NCBI GenBank assembly: GCA_963767925.1
Contig: CAVYGB010000008.1
Span: 2,912,001-2,976,000, forward strand
DNA length: 64,000 nt
Direction of reading: 5' to 3'
Origin: an uncultured delta proteobacterium
Lineage (GTDB): Bacteria; Myxococcota_A; Polyangia; Fen-1088
Within the stretch, counting starts at the first letter, position 1, and every line of letters begins with the position of its first letter. Below the pieces are notes generated by a model. It was given only the letters and a program-made list of their open reading frames with translations. It had not been told where the DNA came from and ran no database searches. The position numbers and the translations under genes were made by a program. Shown here in pieces: positions 37,655 through 48,141 of this stretch.

Positions 37655-39280
37655 ATGAGGGTGACGGCGACGCAGCGGGGGAGCGAAGTCCGGGCGCGGA
37701 GCAGCAGGCCGGGCTGGATCGCCGGGATGATCGCCCTGCTGGTGAGTGGGGCCGCCTGCCTGCCGCCGCCGGACGGCGACGGCGACAGCGAAGGCGACCG
37801 CGACGGCGAGGAGCCCTACCCGGTGGAGCCGGCCGACGTGGAGACCCAGGCCCGCGCCCTGCAGGGCAACAACTCGGGCGGGTACAACCTCGGCGGCGCC
37901 AACCTCGGCGGCGCGAACCTCGGGGGCGCCAACCTCGGCGGTGCCAACCTGGGCGGTTCCAACCTCGGGGGCAGCAACCTCGGCGGCAACAACCTGGCCG
38001 GCACCAACCTCGGGGGCAATAACCTCGGCGGCGTCAACCTCGGCGGCAGCAACCTCGGCGGCGTCAACCTCGGCGGCAGCAACCTCGGTGGCGTCAACCT
38101 CGGCGGTTCCAACCTCGGCGGATCCAACCTGGGCGGCAGCAACGTCGCCGGCACCAACCTCGGGGGCAACAACCTCGGTGGCAGCAACCTCGGCGGCAGC
38201 AACCTCGGCGGGTCGAACACCGGCTTCAACATCCGGAGCCGGGCCGCCGGCGTGAACGGCATGTTGTACAGTGGGGAGGACCTCGCCTCGCCAAAGACCG
38301 CCCAGTGCATCGTGATGGGCATCGGCTCGACCGCCTTCGCCAAGCTCCTCGGCCAGCAGAGCGCCAACGCCAAGATCTCGGTCGCCCTCGGCAAGCTCCC
38401 CTGGGGCTTCGCCAGCAGCAAGGGCGGGCCGGTGAACCTCGGCGCCTGGGAGGCCACCGTCTGGGGCGACAAGACCTTCTGCGTGTTCGTCCTCGCCGTC
38501 CCCCCGGGTGTGAGCTGGTCCGGGGTGGCCGGCTTCATCAAGTCGGTCTTCCGCTGGAACGCGCCCCCCAGCCAGACCATGGAGGTGAGCGGCATCGAGG
38601 CCAGCCGGCCCCACGACGCCAGCGTCAACACCGCCATCACCTCCTACACCGGCATGATGAACACCGCCGCCCTCTTCCGCTCGGGCAAGATCTCGGCCAA
38701 GAACTACCTCGCCGGCGCGCTCGGCTTCATCACCGCCACCACCAACAACGAGTCGGTGATGGTCGACTTCTCCTCCTGGGTGCTGGGCACCGGCACCAAG
38801 GCCATCATCCTCGGCAACGTGCAGGCCAGCAGCCCGCCCACCTACGTGGAGAGCGTGTTCTACGTGGTGGAGAACAGCGACGGGACGGTGGCGGTGAAGG
38901 TCTACTTCGGCGGGGTGACTTCACCGCCGGGCATCACCGTCTCGAACTTCGTGCTCGAGGCGGCCTACAAGAACTGGAAGAAGGGCCTGGTCGCCAAGCC
39001 GGTGCCCCGCCGCTGCGCCGGCGCCCTGCTGCTCAACTTCAACTACGGCGAGCCGATCGCCCCGGGCAAGTGCGACAGCGGCCTGAGCTGGCAGACCGCG
39101 GGCGCCTCCTTCGCCGGCAAGCGCTGGAACACCGAAGCCGGGACCACCGCCCCGATGAACACGTACATGGAGATGCCCAACGGCAGCAGCGAATACTTCA
39201 AGCGCGGCCCCACCTCCACCACGATGAAGAAGGTCCTCTCCGAGACCTACATCCACCTCTGGGAGAAGAGCTTCGACTGA
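37655..39280 (+). CDS. exported protein (possible lipoprotein) with 22 NLGGx pentapeptide repeats and an unknown C-terminal domain
   Basis: Hydrophobic IALLVSGAAC, acidic linker, repeat block, then about 350 aa with Cys/Trp; start 37655 or 37727. Confidence 0.8.
   Translation: MRVTATQRGSEVRARSSRPGWIAGMIALLVSGAACLPPPDGDGDSEGDRDGEEPYPVEPADVETQARALQGNNSGGYNLGGANLGGANLGGANLGGANLGGSNLGGSNLGGNNLAGTNLGGNNLGGVNLGGSNLGGVNLGGSNLGGVNLGGSNLGGSNLGGSNVAGTNLGGNNLGGSNLGGSNLGGSNTGFNIRSRAAGVNGMLYSGEDLASPKTAQCIVMGIGSTAFAKLLGQQSANAKISVALGKLPWGFASSKGGPVNLGAWEATVWGDKTFCVFVLAVPPGVSWSGVAGFIKSVFRWNAPPSQTMEVSGIEASRPHDASVNTAITSYTGMMNTAALFRSGKISAKNYLAGALGFITATTNNESVMVDFSSWVLGTGTKAIILGNVQASSPPTYVESVFYVVENSDGTVAVKVYFGGVTSPPGITVSNFVLEAAYKNWKKGLVAKPVPRRCAGALLLNFNYGEPIAPGKCDSGLSWQTAGASFAGKRWNTEAGTTAPMNTYMEMPNGSSEYFKRGPTSTTMKKVLSETYIHLWEKSFD
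37886..38215 (+). repeat. in-frame 15-bp tandem repeat, 22 units (consensus AACCTCGGCGGCNNN)
   Basis: 22 x 15 bp encoding N-(L/V)-(G/A)-G-(A/S/N/V/T); synonymous variation between units. Confidence 0.95.
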
Positions 39281-39286
39281 TCGGCG

Positions 39287-41017
39287 TCAGTGGATCTCGG
39301 GCTCGCTGATCGGGGCGGTGCCCTCCAGGAAGTCGAAGTCGCAGCCCCGGTCGGCCTGGGTGATGTGGCGGGTGAACATGGCCCCGTAGCCGCGCTGGTA
39401 GCGGGGGGGCGGCGGGGTCCAGGCGGCCTTGCGGCGGGCCAGCTCGGCGGGGTCGACCCGCAGGTCGATGCGCCGGTTGGGGACGTCGAGCTCGATGAGA
39501 TCACCCTCGCGCAGCAGGGCCAGCGGGCCGCCCACGTAGGACTCGGGGGCCACGTGCAGCACGCAGGTGCCGTAGCTGGTGCCGCTCATGCGGGCGTCCG
39601 ACAGGCGGACCATGTCCCGCACCCCCTGCTTCAGCAGCTTCTTGGGGATCGGCAACATGCCCCACTCGGGGAACCCGGGACCACCCAGGGGCCCGGCGTT
39701 GCGCAGGACGAGGACCGAGTCGGGGGTGACCGCCAGGTTCTCGTCGTCGATCCGGCGCTCGAGATCGTTGTAGTCGTCGAAGACGACCGCCGGCCCGGTG
39801 TGGGTCAGCAGGCGGGCCTCGCAGGCGCTGGTCTTGATGACCGCCCCGCTGGGGGCCAGGCTCCCGCGCAGCACCGCCAGCCCCCCCTCCTGGGAGAGGG
39901 CCTCGCTCACCGAGCGGATGACGTCCTTGTTGTAGATCCGGGCCCCGGCGATGTCCTCGCCGAGGGTGCGCCCGCTGATGGTCCGCTCCTGCAGGTGCAG
40001 CAGGTGCTTGAGCTCGCCGAGCAGCGCGGGCAGCCCGCCCGCGTAAAAGAAGTCCTCCATGAGGTACTTGCCCGAGGGGCGCAGGTTGCAGATCAGCGGC
40101 GTCCGCCGGGAAAAGGCGTCGTAGTCGTCGATGCTGAGCGGCACGCCCGCCCGCCCGGCCATCGCGATGAGGTGGACGAGGGCGTTGGTCGAGCCGCCCA
40201 CCGCCATCAGCACCGTGATGGCGTTCTCGAACGACTGGCGGGTCAAGATGTCGCGGGGCTTGAGATCCTCCCACACCATCTCGACCGCCCGCCTGCCCGC
40301 CGCCGTGCCCATGCGCCCGTGGTTGGAGTCGACCGCCGGGATCGACGAGGCGCCGGTGAGCGACAGCCCCAGCGACTCGACGATGGCGGTCATGGTGGAG
40401 GCGGTCCCCATGACCATGCAGGTGCCGGCCGAGCGGGCGATGCCCCCCTCGATCTCCTTCCAGTCCTGCTGGTTGATGGTGCCGGCGCGCAGCTCGGCCC
40501 AGTATTTCCAGACGTCGCTGCCGCTGCCCAGCACCTCGCCCCGCCAGTTGCCCCGCAACATGGGCCCGGCCGGGAAGAAGACGGTCGGCAGGTTGACGCT
40601 CGTCGCCCCCATCACCAGCGCGGGGGTGGTCTTGTCACAGCCCCCCATGATGACCGCCCCGTCGATGGGGTAGGACCGGAGCTGCTCCTCCGTCTCCATC
40701 GCCAGGAGGTTGCGGTAGAGCATGGTGGAGGGCTTCTGGAAGTTCTCCGACAGGGAGATGGCCGGCAGCTCGATGGGGAAGCCCCCCGCCTGCCAGATGC
40801 CCCGCTTTATCTCCTCGGCTCGCGTGCGAAAGTGCTGGTGGCAGGGGTTGATGTCGTTCCAGGTGTTGACGATGGCGATGACCGGCTTGCCGGCATAGTC
40901 CGCGCGGTCGTAGCCCATCTGGGCCACCCGCGAGCGGTGGCCGAAGGCTCGGAGGTTCTCCACCCCGAACCAGCGGTGACTGCGCAGCTCCTCGGGACGC
41001 TTGCGTGGGGGGGCCAT
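39287..41017 (-). CDS. araD: IlvD/Edd family sugar-acid dehydratase (L-arabinonate dehydratase-like)
   Basis: NPCHQH, MLYRNLLAM, GGCDKTTP, GTCMVMGTASTM, GGSTNA, SDARMSGTSYG. Confidence 0.85.
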   Translation of the reverse strand: MAPPRKRPEELRSHRWFGVENLRAFGHRSRVAQMGYDRADYAGKPVIAIVNTWNDINPCHQHFRTRAEEIKRGIWQAGGFPIELPAISLSENFQKPSTMLYRNLLAMETEEQLRSYPIDGAVIMGGCDKTTPALVMGATSVNLPTVFFPAGPMLRGNWRGEVLGSGSDVWKYWAELRAGTINQQDWKEIEGGIARSAGTCMVMGTASTMTAIVESLGLSLTGASSIPAVDSNHGRMGTAAGRRAVEMVWEDLKPRDILTRQSFENAITVLMAVGGSTNALVHLIAMAGRAGVPLSIDDYDAFSRRTPLICNLRPSGKYLMEDFFYAGGLPALLGELKHLLHLQERTISGRTLGEDIAGARIYNKDVIRSVSEALSQEGGLAVLRGSLAPSGAVIKTSACEARLLTHTGPAVVFDDYNDLERRIDDENLAVTPDSVLVLRNAGPLGGPGFPEWGMLPIPKKLLKQGVRDMVRLSDARMSGTSYGTCVLHVAPESYVGGPLALLREGDLIELDVPNRRIDLRVDPAELARRKAAWTPPPPRYQRGYGAMFTRHITQADRGCDFDFLEGTAPISEPEIH

Positions 41018-41029
41018 GGACGTCCTCGC

Positions 41030-41959
41030 CTATCCCGGGGCCAGCGCCTTGTCGGCGGCCAGCAGATCCTGGGCCGCCTTGGCCACCTCGGCGTGTCGTT
41101 CGGGGTCGAGGTTCGACAGCAGCGGCAACATCGGGCCGGTGTCGGCGATGCCGGCCAGGCGAACCGCCTCGTGCAGCACCCGGATGGGCGAGAGGGCGTC
41201 GCGCCGGTCCTCGAGGGGGATGTACTTTTCCCGGAGGCGGGCGGCGGTGTCCCAGTCCTTACGCTTGCAGGCCTCGAGGATGCGGGTCGAGCCCCGGGGC
41301 GCCACGCAGACCGATCCCGAGGTGAACCCCTGCAGGCCGTAGTCGCGCAGGTGGGTGATCACGGGCCGCTCCCCGATGCCGCTCACGATGTAACGGCGGT
41401 CGACGATCTCCACCAGCCGGCGCAGGAAGACGTCCTCCAGGGGGTCGATGCGCACGATGGCGTATTTGATGGCCGCCACCAGGCCGTCGTCGACCAGGCC
41501 CTTGACCAGCTCGGGCGTGAGGTAGCCCTCGGCCTTGATGTAGACGATGACCGGCTTGCCGAGCGCCTCGGCGAAGCGGCGCAGGCCGGTGGCGGCCCCC
41601 GCGGGGGTCATCGGGAAGGTCATCGGCAGCACCATGGCGGTGGGGAACGACCGGCTCTTCAGCGCCGCCGCCTGATCGATCAGCTTGCCGTAGTCGGGGC
41701 CCACCGAGGGGATGAGCCAGGTCTTGGCCCCCGCCAGCTCCCCGAGCTGGTCGAGCACCTGCCCGTATTCGTAGAGCCCGATGTTGTAGAAGTTGGCGTT
41801 GCCCCCGTAGAGCAGGGTCGTGACGCCCCCCGCCTCGATATGCCGGATCAGCGCTGCGTTCCCGGCGCGGCTGAAGCTCAGGTCGGCATTGCGGGCCAGC
41901 GGAGGGACCGCGAGCACCGAGGACGACAGATCGGCGAACGTGACAGCATCGATCTTCAT
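41030..41959 (-). CDS. dihydrodipicolinate synthase family protein (probable keto-deoxy acid dehydratase/aldolase)
   Basis: AVPPLAR, LLYGGNANFY, VIVYIK, Schiff-base Lys AIKYA; co-oriented with the dehydratase. Confidence 0.8.
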   Translation of the reverse strand: MKIDAVTFADLSSSVLAVPPLARNADLSFSRAGNAALIRHIEAGGVTTLLYGGNANFYNIGLYEYGQVLDQLGELAGAKTWLIPSVGPDYGKLIDQAAALKSRSFPTAMVLPMTFPMTPAGAATGLRRFAEALGKPVIVYIKAEGYLTPELVKGLVDDGLVAAIKYAIVRIDPLEDVFLRRLVEIVDRRYIVSGIGERPVITHLRDYGLQGFTSGSVCVAPRGSTRILEACKRKDWDTAARLREKYIPLEDRRDALSPIRVLHEAVRLAGIADTGPMLPLLSNLDPERHAEVAKAAQDLLAADKALAPG

Positions 41960-42063
41960 GGCGTTTCGCTTGTACTACGGAGCGCAGAGCTGTCACAAGC
42001 CGCGCCCTCCCGTGAGGCGGCGGTCCGGCGGGACGTTATGGTATAGAGTCCCCCGACTTTCCC

Positions 42064-42804
42064 ATGGGCCTCCTCGATCTCTTCTCGAAAGACAAACGCG
42101 ACGAGCGCGCCCGAACCAAGAACGTCGAGCGGGCCGTCAACAAACACGCCCAGTCCATCGACCGGATGAAGGCGCTGGAAGCGCTGGCCAACGACGGCTC
42201 CACGGAAGCGTTTTATGGCCTGTTGCGTCGCTTCGGCATGCACTACCACAAGACCATCGAGGACGAGCAGGAGAAGGAGTGGGCCTTCGAGACCCTCGTC
42301 TCCAAGGGCAAGGCCGTCCTGCCCGCCGTCCGCCGGTACCTGGTGAGCGCCGACTCGATCTCCTGGCCCCTGCGCCTCCTGCAGAAGGTGGCCGACCGCC
42401 AGGAAGAGCTGGTGGCCCTCGAGGAGGTCCTGGCCCGGCACGAGCCCGGCTACGAGCGCGACCCCACCAAGAAGATCCAGCTCCTCAACTACCTCGGCGG
42501 CTTCAAGCACGAGAAGGCCACCCCCCTCACCGTCCCTTACCTGAAGGACATGGACGAGGGGGTGCGCTTCACCGCGGTCGAGGCGCTGCTGCGCCAGAAG
42601 CGGGAGGAGCTCACCCGGGAGCCGCTGCTCGAGCTGTTCGTCTCCAACGAGGAGGAGAGCTTGCGCATCCGCCTCCGCATCGCCGAGGGGTTCGCCGAGC
42701 TGGGCTGGCTGGTCCACGGCCACCGCGGCGCCCTCGAGAAGAAGCTGCCCGAGGCCTACCACCTCGATCGCGAAGGCCACATCAAGCGCAAGCCCCAGGG
42801 TTGA
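42064..42804 (+). CDS. HEAT-repeat protein
   Basis: Helical repeats; YLKDMDEGVRFTAVEALL, EESLRIRLRIAEGF. Confidence 0.78.
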   Translation: MGLLDLFSKDKRDERARTKNVERAVNKHAQSIDRMKALEALANDGSTEAFYGLLRRFGMHYHKTIEDEQEKEWAFETLVSKGKAVLPAVRRYLVSADSISWPLRLLQKVADRQEELVALEEVLARHEPGYERDPTKKIQLLNYLGGFKHEKATPLTVPYLKDMDEGVRFTAVEALLRQKREELTREPLLELFVSNEEESLRIRLRIAEGFAELGWLVHGHRGALEKKLPEAYHLDREGHIKRKPQG

Positions 42805-42825
42805 GCGGCGGGCCAGTCGGCAAGA

Positions 42826-42866
42826 TCAGTCAGTCACTCAGTCAGTCAGTCACCAAGGTCAGTCAG
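42826..42866 (+). repeat. (TCAG/TCAC)n tetranucleotide repeat
   Basis: TCAG TCAG TCAC TCAG TCAG TCAG TCAC caagg TCAG TCAG between the HEAT gene and carB. Confidence 0.85.
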
Positions 42867-42884
42867 CGAGGCTAAGACGTCTTC

Positions 42885-45800
42885 GTGCCCAGACGCAGCG
42901 ACATCAAGACCGTTCTGCTCATCGGATCGGGCCCCATCGTCATCGGACAGGCCTGTGAGTTCGACTATTCCGGGACCCAGGGCATCAAGGCCCTGAAGGA
43001 GGAGGGGTTCCGGGTCGTCCTGGTCAACTCCAACCCGGCGACGATCATGACCGACCCCGAGCTGGCCGACCGGACCTACGTCGAGCCGCTCACGGTGGAG
43101 ATCGTCGAGAAGATCATCGCCCGGGAGAAGCCCGACGCCCTGCTGCCCACCCTCGGCGGCCAGACCGCCCTCAACCTCACGATCGAGCTGGCCAAGGCCG
43201 GCGTGCTCGAGCGGCACGGGGTCAAGCTGATCGGCGCGCAGCTCGACGCCATCGAGAAGGCCGAGGACCGGAACCTCTTCAAGAAGGCCATGCAGAAGAT
43301 CGGCCTCTCGGTGCCGCTGTCGGGCTACGCCCGCTCGCTCGAGGAGGGCCACAAGATCCAGAAGGAGATCGCCGCCACCTGCGGCCAGGGCTTCCCCCTG
43401 ATCCTGCGCCCCTCCTTCACCCTCGGCGGCTCGGGGGCGGCGGTGGCCTGGAATGCCGAGGAGTTCGACAGCAAGATGTTGTGGGGCCTGCAGCAGAGCC
43501 CCCGGGGCGAGGTGCTGGTCGAGCAGTCGGTGCTCGGCTGGAAGGAGTACGAGCTCGAGATCATGCGCGACCGCAACGACAACGCGGTCATCGTCTGCTC
43601 GATCGAGAACTTCGATCCCATGGGGATCCACACCGGCGACTCCATCACCATCGCCCCGGCGATGACCCTCACCGACAAGGAATATCAGGTGATGCGCGAC
43701 GCGGCCATCGCCGTGATCCGCGAGATCGGGGTGGAGACGGGCGGGTCGAACATCCAGTTCGCGGTCAATCCGGCCAACGGCCACATGATCGTCATCGAGA
43801 TGAACCCGCGCGTGTCGCGCAGCTCGGCCCTCGCCTCGAAGGCCACCGGCTTTCCCATCGCCAAGATCGCCACCAAGCTGGCCATCGGCTACACGCTCGA
43901 CGAGATCCCCAACGACATCACCAAGGGGACGCCGGCCTGCTTCGAGCCGACCATCGACTACATCGTCACCAAGATCCCCCGCTTCGCCTTCGAGAAGTTC
44001 CCGGGCGCCGACACCACCCTGGGCCCCCAGATGAAATCGGTCGGCGAGGTCATGGCCATCGGCCGCACCTTCAAGGAGTCGTTCGGCAAGGCCCTGCGCT
44101 CGCTGGAGATCGGCCGCTGGGGCCTCGACCTCTACGATTCCGGCCCCCCTCGCGATCGGCTGCCCACCCTCGAGGAGCTCAAGCGGGCCATCGCGGTGGC
44201 GGGGCCCGACCGGCTGTGGCAGCTCGCCGAGGCCCTGCGGCAGGGGCTGTCCCAGGAGGAGGCCCACCAGCTCACCGCCATCGATCCCTGGTTCCTCACC
44301 CAGATCGGTCAGCTCGTCGACGAGGACGAATCGGTCCGCAAGGCCGGCGCCGCCCTGCTCGACGATCCCGCCGCCCTCGAGCGGGCCAAGCGGCTCGGCA
44401 TCTCCGACCGGCGCATCATGAAGCTGGCGGGGGTCACGGAGGAGGACGTCCGCAAGGCCCGCCACAAACACGGGCTGCGCCCGGTCTACAAGCGGGTCGA
44501 CACCTGCGCGGCCGAGTTCGACGCCGGCACCCCCTACCTCTACAGCACCTACGAGGCCCGCAGCGAATGTGAGGCCCGCCCCACCGACCGCAAGAAGGTG
44601 ATCATCCTCGGCGGCGGCCCCAACCGCATCGGCCAGGGGATCGAGTTCGACTACTGCTGCGTGCACGCCGTGATGGCCCTGCGCGAAGCGGGCTACGAGA
44701 CCATCATGGTCAACTGCAACCCCGAGACGGTGTCGACCGACTACGACACCTCGGATCGCCTCTACTTCGAGCCGCTCACCCGCGAGGACGTCCTCGAGAT
44801 CGTCGACATCGAGCGCCCCCTGGGGGTGATCGTCACCTTCGGCGGCCAGACGCCGCTGCGCCTGGCGGTGCCCCTGCAGAAGGCCGGTGTCCCCCTGCTG
44901 GGCACCAGCGCCGACTCCATCGACCGGGCCGAGGACCGCCAGCGCTTCGGCGAGCTCGTGAAGAAGCTGGGCCTGCGGTCCCCCGCCTGGGGCACCGCCC
45001 ATGGCCTGGCCGAGGCCCGCCAGATCGCCAGCGAGATCGGCTACCCGGTGATGGTGCGCCCCTCCTACGTGCTCGGGGGGCGGGCCATGCAGATCGTCCA
45101 CGACGAGTCGGGGCTCGAGCACTTCGTCAATCAGGCCCTGGAGGCCTCCCGGCGCGAGAGCCTGGCCGGCGGCAGCGGCACCGGCGACGACGCCGCCCCC
45201 ATCCTCGTCGATCAGTTCCTGCGCGACGCCATCGAGGTCGACGTCGACGTCGTGTCGGACGGGCAGCAGGCCATCGTCGGGGGTGTCATGGAGCACATCG
45301 AGGAGGCGGGCATCCACTCGGGCGACTCGGCCTGCTCGCTGCCTCCCTTCTCCCTGGCGAGCGCGGTCATCGAGGAGATCAAGACCCAGTCCCGCGCCCT
45401 GGCCCTCGAGCTCGACGTGCGGGGCCTCATGAACATCCAGTTCGCCGTCCCCCGGGACGGACGCGGCGTGTTCATCCTGGAGGTCAACCCGCGCGCCTCC
45501 CGCACGGTCCCCTTCGTGTCAAAGGTGACGGGGGTTCCCCTGGCCAAGGTGGCGGCCCGCATCGCCGTGGGCCACACCCTGGCCGAGATGGGCATCAAGG
45601 AGGTCACCCCCCGCCACATCGCGGTCAAGGAGGCGGTGTTCCCCTTCGTGAAGTTCCCGGGCGTCGACACCCTGCTGGGGCCCGAGATGCGCTCGACCGG
45701 CGAGGTCATGGGCATCGACCGCAGCTTCGAGGCCGCCTTCGCCAAGAGCCAGATCGCCGCCGGCACCCGCCTCACGGTGCCCGGCCCGGCCGGCTCGGGG

Positions 45801-46202
45801 CCCCGACAGACCGCCTTCCTGTCGCTGCAGGATTCGGACAAGGCGGGCGCGGTGCCGCTGGCCCAGGGGCTGCGCGAGCTGGGGTTCTCCCTGCTGGCCA
45901 CCTCGGGCACCTACCAGCACCTGCGCCAGGCGGGGGTCGAGGTGGAGCGGATCAACAAGGTCCGGGAGGGGCGCCCCCACTGTGTCGACCGGATGCTCGA
46001 CGGCGAGATCCACCTCGTCATCAACACGACCGGCGGCGCCGAATCGCACCGCGATTCTTTTTCAATTCGGCGAAACGCCCTCCAGCGAGGGCTGCCATAC
46101 TTCACGACGCTGGCCGGTGCCCGCGCCGCGGTGGGCTCCCTCGGCCAGCTCAAGGCGGGGGCGCTGCAGGTCTGCTCGCTGCAAGAGTTCCAGAACGGTT
46201 AA
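42885..46202 (+). CDS. carB: carbamoyl-phosphate synthase large subunit
   Basis: [60 protein letters not shown]-terminal MGS domain. Confidence 0.98.
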   Translation: MPRRSDIKTVLLIGSGPIVIGQACEFDYSGTQGIKALKEEGFRVVLVNSNPATIMTDPELADRTYVEPLTVEIVEKIIAREKPDALLPTLGGQTALNLTIELAKAGVLERHGVKLIGAQLDAIEKAEDRNLFKKAMQKIGLSVPLSGYARSLEEGHKIQKEIAATCGQGFPLILRPSFTLGGSGAAVAWNAEEFDSKMLWGLQQSPRGEVLVEQSVLGWKEYELEIMRDRNDNAVIVCSIENFDPMGIHTGDSITIAPAMTLTDKEYQVMRDAAIAVIREIGVETGGSNIQFAVNPANGHMIVIEMNPRVSRSSALASKATGFPIAKIATKLAIGYTLDEIPNDITKGTPACFEPTIDYIVTKIPRFAFEKFPGADTTLGPQMKSVGEVMAIGRTFKESFGKALRSLEIGRWGLDLYDSGPPRDRLPTLEELKRAIAVAGPDRLWQLAEALRQGLSQEEAHQLTAIDPWFLTQIGQLVDEDESVRKAGAALLDDPAALERAKRLGISDRRIMKLAGVTEEDVRKARHKHGLRPVYKRVDTCAAEFDAGTPYLYSTYEARSECEARPTDRKKVIILGGGPNRIGQGIEFDYCCVHAVMALREAGYETIMVNCNPETVSTDYDTSDRLYFEPLTREDVLEIVDIERPLGVIVTFGGQTPLRLAVPLQKAGVPLLGTSADSIDRAEDRQRFGELVKKLGLRSPAWGTAHGLAEARQIASEIGYPVMVRPSYVLGGRAMQIVHDESGLEHFVNQALEASRRESLAGGSGTGDDAAPILVDQFLRDAIEVDVDVVSDGQQAIVGGVMEHIEEAGIHSGDSACSLPPFSLASAVIEEIKTQSRALALELDVRGLMNIQFAVPRDGRGVFILEVNPRASRTVPFVSKVTGVPLAKVAARIAVGHTLAEMGIKEVTPRHIAVKEAVFPFVKFPGVDTLLGPEMRSTGEVMGIDRSFEAAFAKSQIAAGTRLTVPGPAGSGPRQTAFLSLQDSDKAGAVPLAQGLRELGFSLLATSGTYQHLRQAGVEVERINKVREGRPHCVDRMLDGEIHLVINTTGGAESHRDSFSIRRNALQRGLPYFTTLAGARAAVGSLGQLKAGALQVCSLQEFQNG

Positions 46203-46243
46203 CGCTCAGAGGAGAGCCAAGGGCTCGAAAGAGGCGGGAAGAG

Positions 46244-46732
46244 ATGGCACTCGATCGCATCCCCATGACACCCCGCGGGCTGCGCCGGCTCCGGGATGAG
46301 CTCAAGCACCTGCGCGAGGTCGAGCGTCCCAAGAACGTACGGGACATAGAGGAGGCCCGGGCCCACGGCGACCTGCGGGAGAACGCCGAATTTTCGGCGG
46401 CCAAGGAGCGGCAGGCCTTCATCGAGGGGCGCAGCCGCGAGGTCGACAGCATGATCGCGCTGTCGGACGTGATCGACCCGGGCAAGCTGTCCGGCACGCG
46501 CGTGGTCTTCGGGGCCACCGTGCGCCTGGCCGACACCGAGACCGCCGAGGAGACCACCTACACGATCGTCGGGGACCACGAGGCCGACATCAAGCAGAAC
46601 CGGCTGGCGATCTCGGCCCCCCTGTCCCGGGCCATGATCGGCCGGGACGAGGGCGACACCGTCCTGCTGCGCAGCCTCAAGGGGACACGCGAGTACCAGA
46701 TCGTCGAGGTCCGCTTCGAACCCTGTGACTGA
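46244..46732 (+). CDS. greA: transcription elongation factor GreA
   Basis: ARAHGDLRENAEF, VVFGATV, ISAPLSRAMIG; follows carB. Confidence 0.95.
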   Translation: MALDRIPMTPRGLRRLRDELKHLREVERPKNVRDIEEARAHGDLRENAEFSAAKERQAFIEGRSREVDSMIALSDVIDPGKLSGTRVVFGATVRLADTETAEETTYTIVGDHEADIKQNRLAISAPLSRAMIGRDEGDTVLLRSLKGTREYQIVEVRFEPCD

Positions 46733-46746
46733 GCACCCCGTCCCCC

Positions 46747-47958
46747 TTGCAGCAGCAGTCTCGCCGCCTGGCCTGGACGAGCGCCGTCATTCACGGCCTC
46801 GTCCACGCGTCCGTGCTCCTGCTGCCGCCCTTGCTGGGGGACCTGCAGCGGGCCTTCGGGGTATCGCTGCTCGAGCTGCTGGCGGTGGCCAACGCCATGT
46901 ACCTGGTGTACGGGCTGTCGGCTATCCCCGCCGGCTTCCTCGCTGACCGCTTCGGCTCGCGCCGCATGCTGGTCGTCTCGGCCGCCGGCTGCGGCCTGGC
47001 GCTGGTGCTCATCGCCGCCGCCCCGAGCTTCCCGGTGCTGGCGGTGGGCCTGGTGACGCTGGGGGTGTGCGCGGGGGTCTACCACCCGAGCGGGCTCTCG
47101 CTGCTGTCCCGTGGGGTGGCCTCCGGCGAGCGGGGCCGGGCCATCGGCATCCACGGCGCCGGCGGAAACCTGGGGGAGGCCATCGCCCCGGCCTGGGCCG
47201 CCGCCTTCGCCACCGCCCTGCACTGGCGGGCCGGCTTCGCGGTGGGCGCCCTGCTCTCCTTCGCCTGCGCGGCGCTGGCCACCACCTTGCCGGCCGGCGA
47301 GGCGGCGGCATCTGCCCCCCACAGCCACGGGCCACCCACCCTGAAGGCGACCCTGCGGGCCCTGTCGGACACGCTGATCGGGTTCGCCCGCAACCGGCCG
47401 CTGCGCTGGCTGCTCCTGTCGCTGGTGGCGGCGGGCTTCACCTACCGCGGGTTCCTCACCTTCTTGCCGATGCACCTGTCCCGGGATACCGGCAGCGGCG
47501 CCGCCGCCTCCTACGTCATGTCGGCGGTCCTGCTGGCCGGGATGGTCGCCCAGCGCTTCGGGGGCGAGCTGGCCGACCGGCGCGGGCGCGAGCGGCTGTA
47601 CCTGGTGCTGGCGGCGCTCGGGCTGCCGGTGCTGCTGGCGCTGGCCCTCACTTCGGGGGGGGTGGCGATCGGGGCGGCGCTCGCCTTCGGGTTCGTATGG
47701 GCCCTGGCCCAGCCGGTGGCCAACGCCTTGACCGCGACCTATGCCCGGGCGACGGACCACGGGCTGCTGTACGGGATCCAGTTCGCGGCCACCTTCGGGG
47801 TCGGGTCGTTCGCCACCACCACGGGGGGCGTGCTGGTCAGCGAGGGGGGCACCCGGCTGGTGTTCCTCGGGCTGGCGGGGGCCACCCTGCTGGCCATCGC
47901 CGCCGCCTTCGCCCTCCTGCGCGCCCGGACCCACCCGGACCCGCTCTCTGCCCGCTGA
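46747..47958 (+). CDS. MFS transporter
   Basis: GFLADRFGSRR, GVYHPSG, RGRAIGIHG, GELADRRGRE; about 12 TM. Confidence 0.88.
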   Translation: MQQQSRRLAWTSAVIHGLVHASVLLLPPLLGDLQRAFGVSLLELLAVANAMYLVYGLSAIPAGFLADRFGSRRMLVVSAAGCGLALVLIAAAPSFPVLAVGLVTLGVCAGVYHPSGLSLLSRGVASGERGRAIGIHGAGGNLGEAIAPAWAAAFATALHWRAGFAVGALLSFACAALATTLPAGEAAASAPHSHGPPTLKATLRALSDTLIGFARNRPLRWLLLSLVAAGFTYRGFLTFLPMHLSRDTGSGAAASYVMSAVLLAGMVAQRFGGELADRRGRERLYLVLAALGLPVLLALALTSGGVAIGAALAFGFVWALAQPVANALTATYARATDHGLLYGIQFAATFGVGSFATTTGGVLVSEGGTRLVFLGLAGATLLAIAAAFALLRARTHPDPLSAR

Positions 47959-47976
47959 GCGCCTCCCGGCGCCTTC

Positions 47977-48141
47977 CTAGTCCCCTGGAACGGTGAAGGC
48001 TTGCATATGTCGGCGAGGCATCTTCGTTCCTGGCAAGGCGCGAGGAGGGCGAATACCGGGCGTATTTGACCGACGAGCAACGCAGCCAGGGACGAAGAGG
48101 ACCGGCGAGATATGCAAGAAATCACCGTTCCAGGGGACTAG
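47977..48141. mobile_element. MITE-like 165-bp palindromic element bounded by CTAG
   Basis: CTAGTCCCCTGGAACGGTGA..CTTGCATAT at the left end and its reverse complement at the right end; internal pairing TCTTCGTTCCTGGC/GCCAGGGACGAAGA; no convincing coding frame. Confidence 0.7.

Noticed and set aside
37886..38215. Regular short repeats as a possible CRISPR array
   Set aside because: Units are contiguous 15-mers without unique spacers, stay in frame within a CDS and vary at synonymous positions; no cas genes in the window
42885..46202. carB without an adjacent carA as an anomaly
   Set aside because: Separated carA and carB genes occur in many bacteria; nothing here suggests loss
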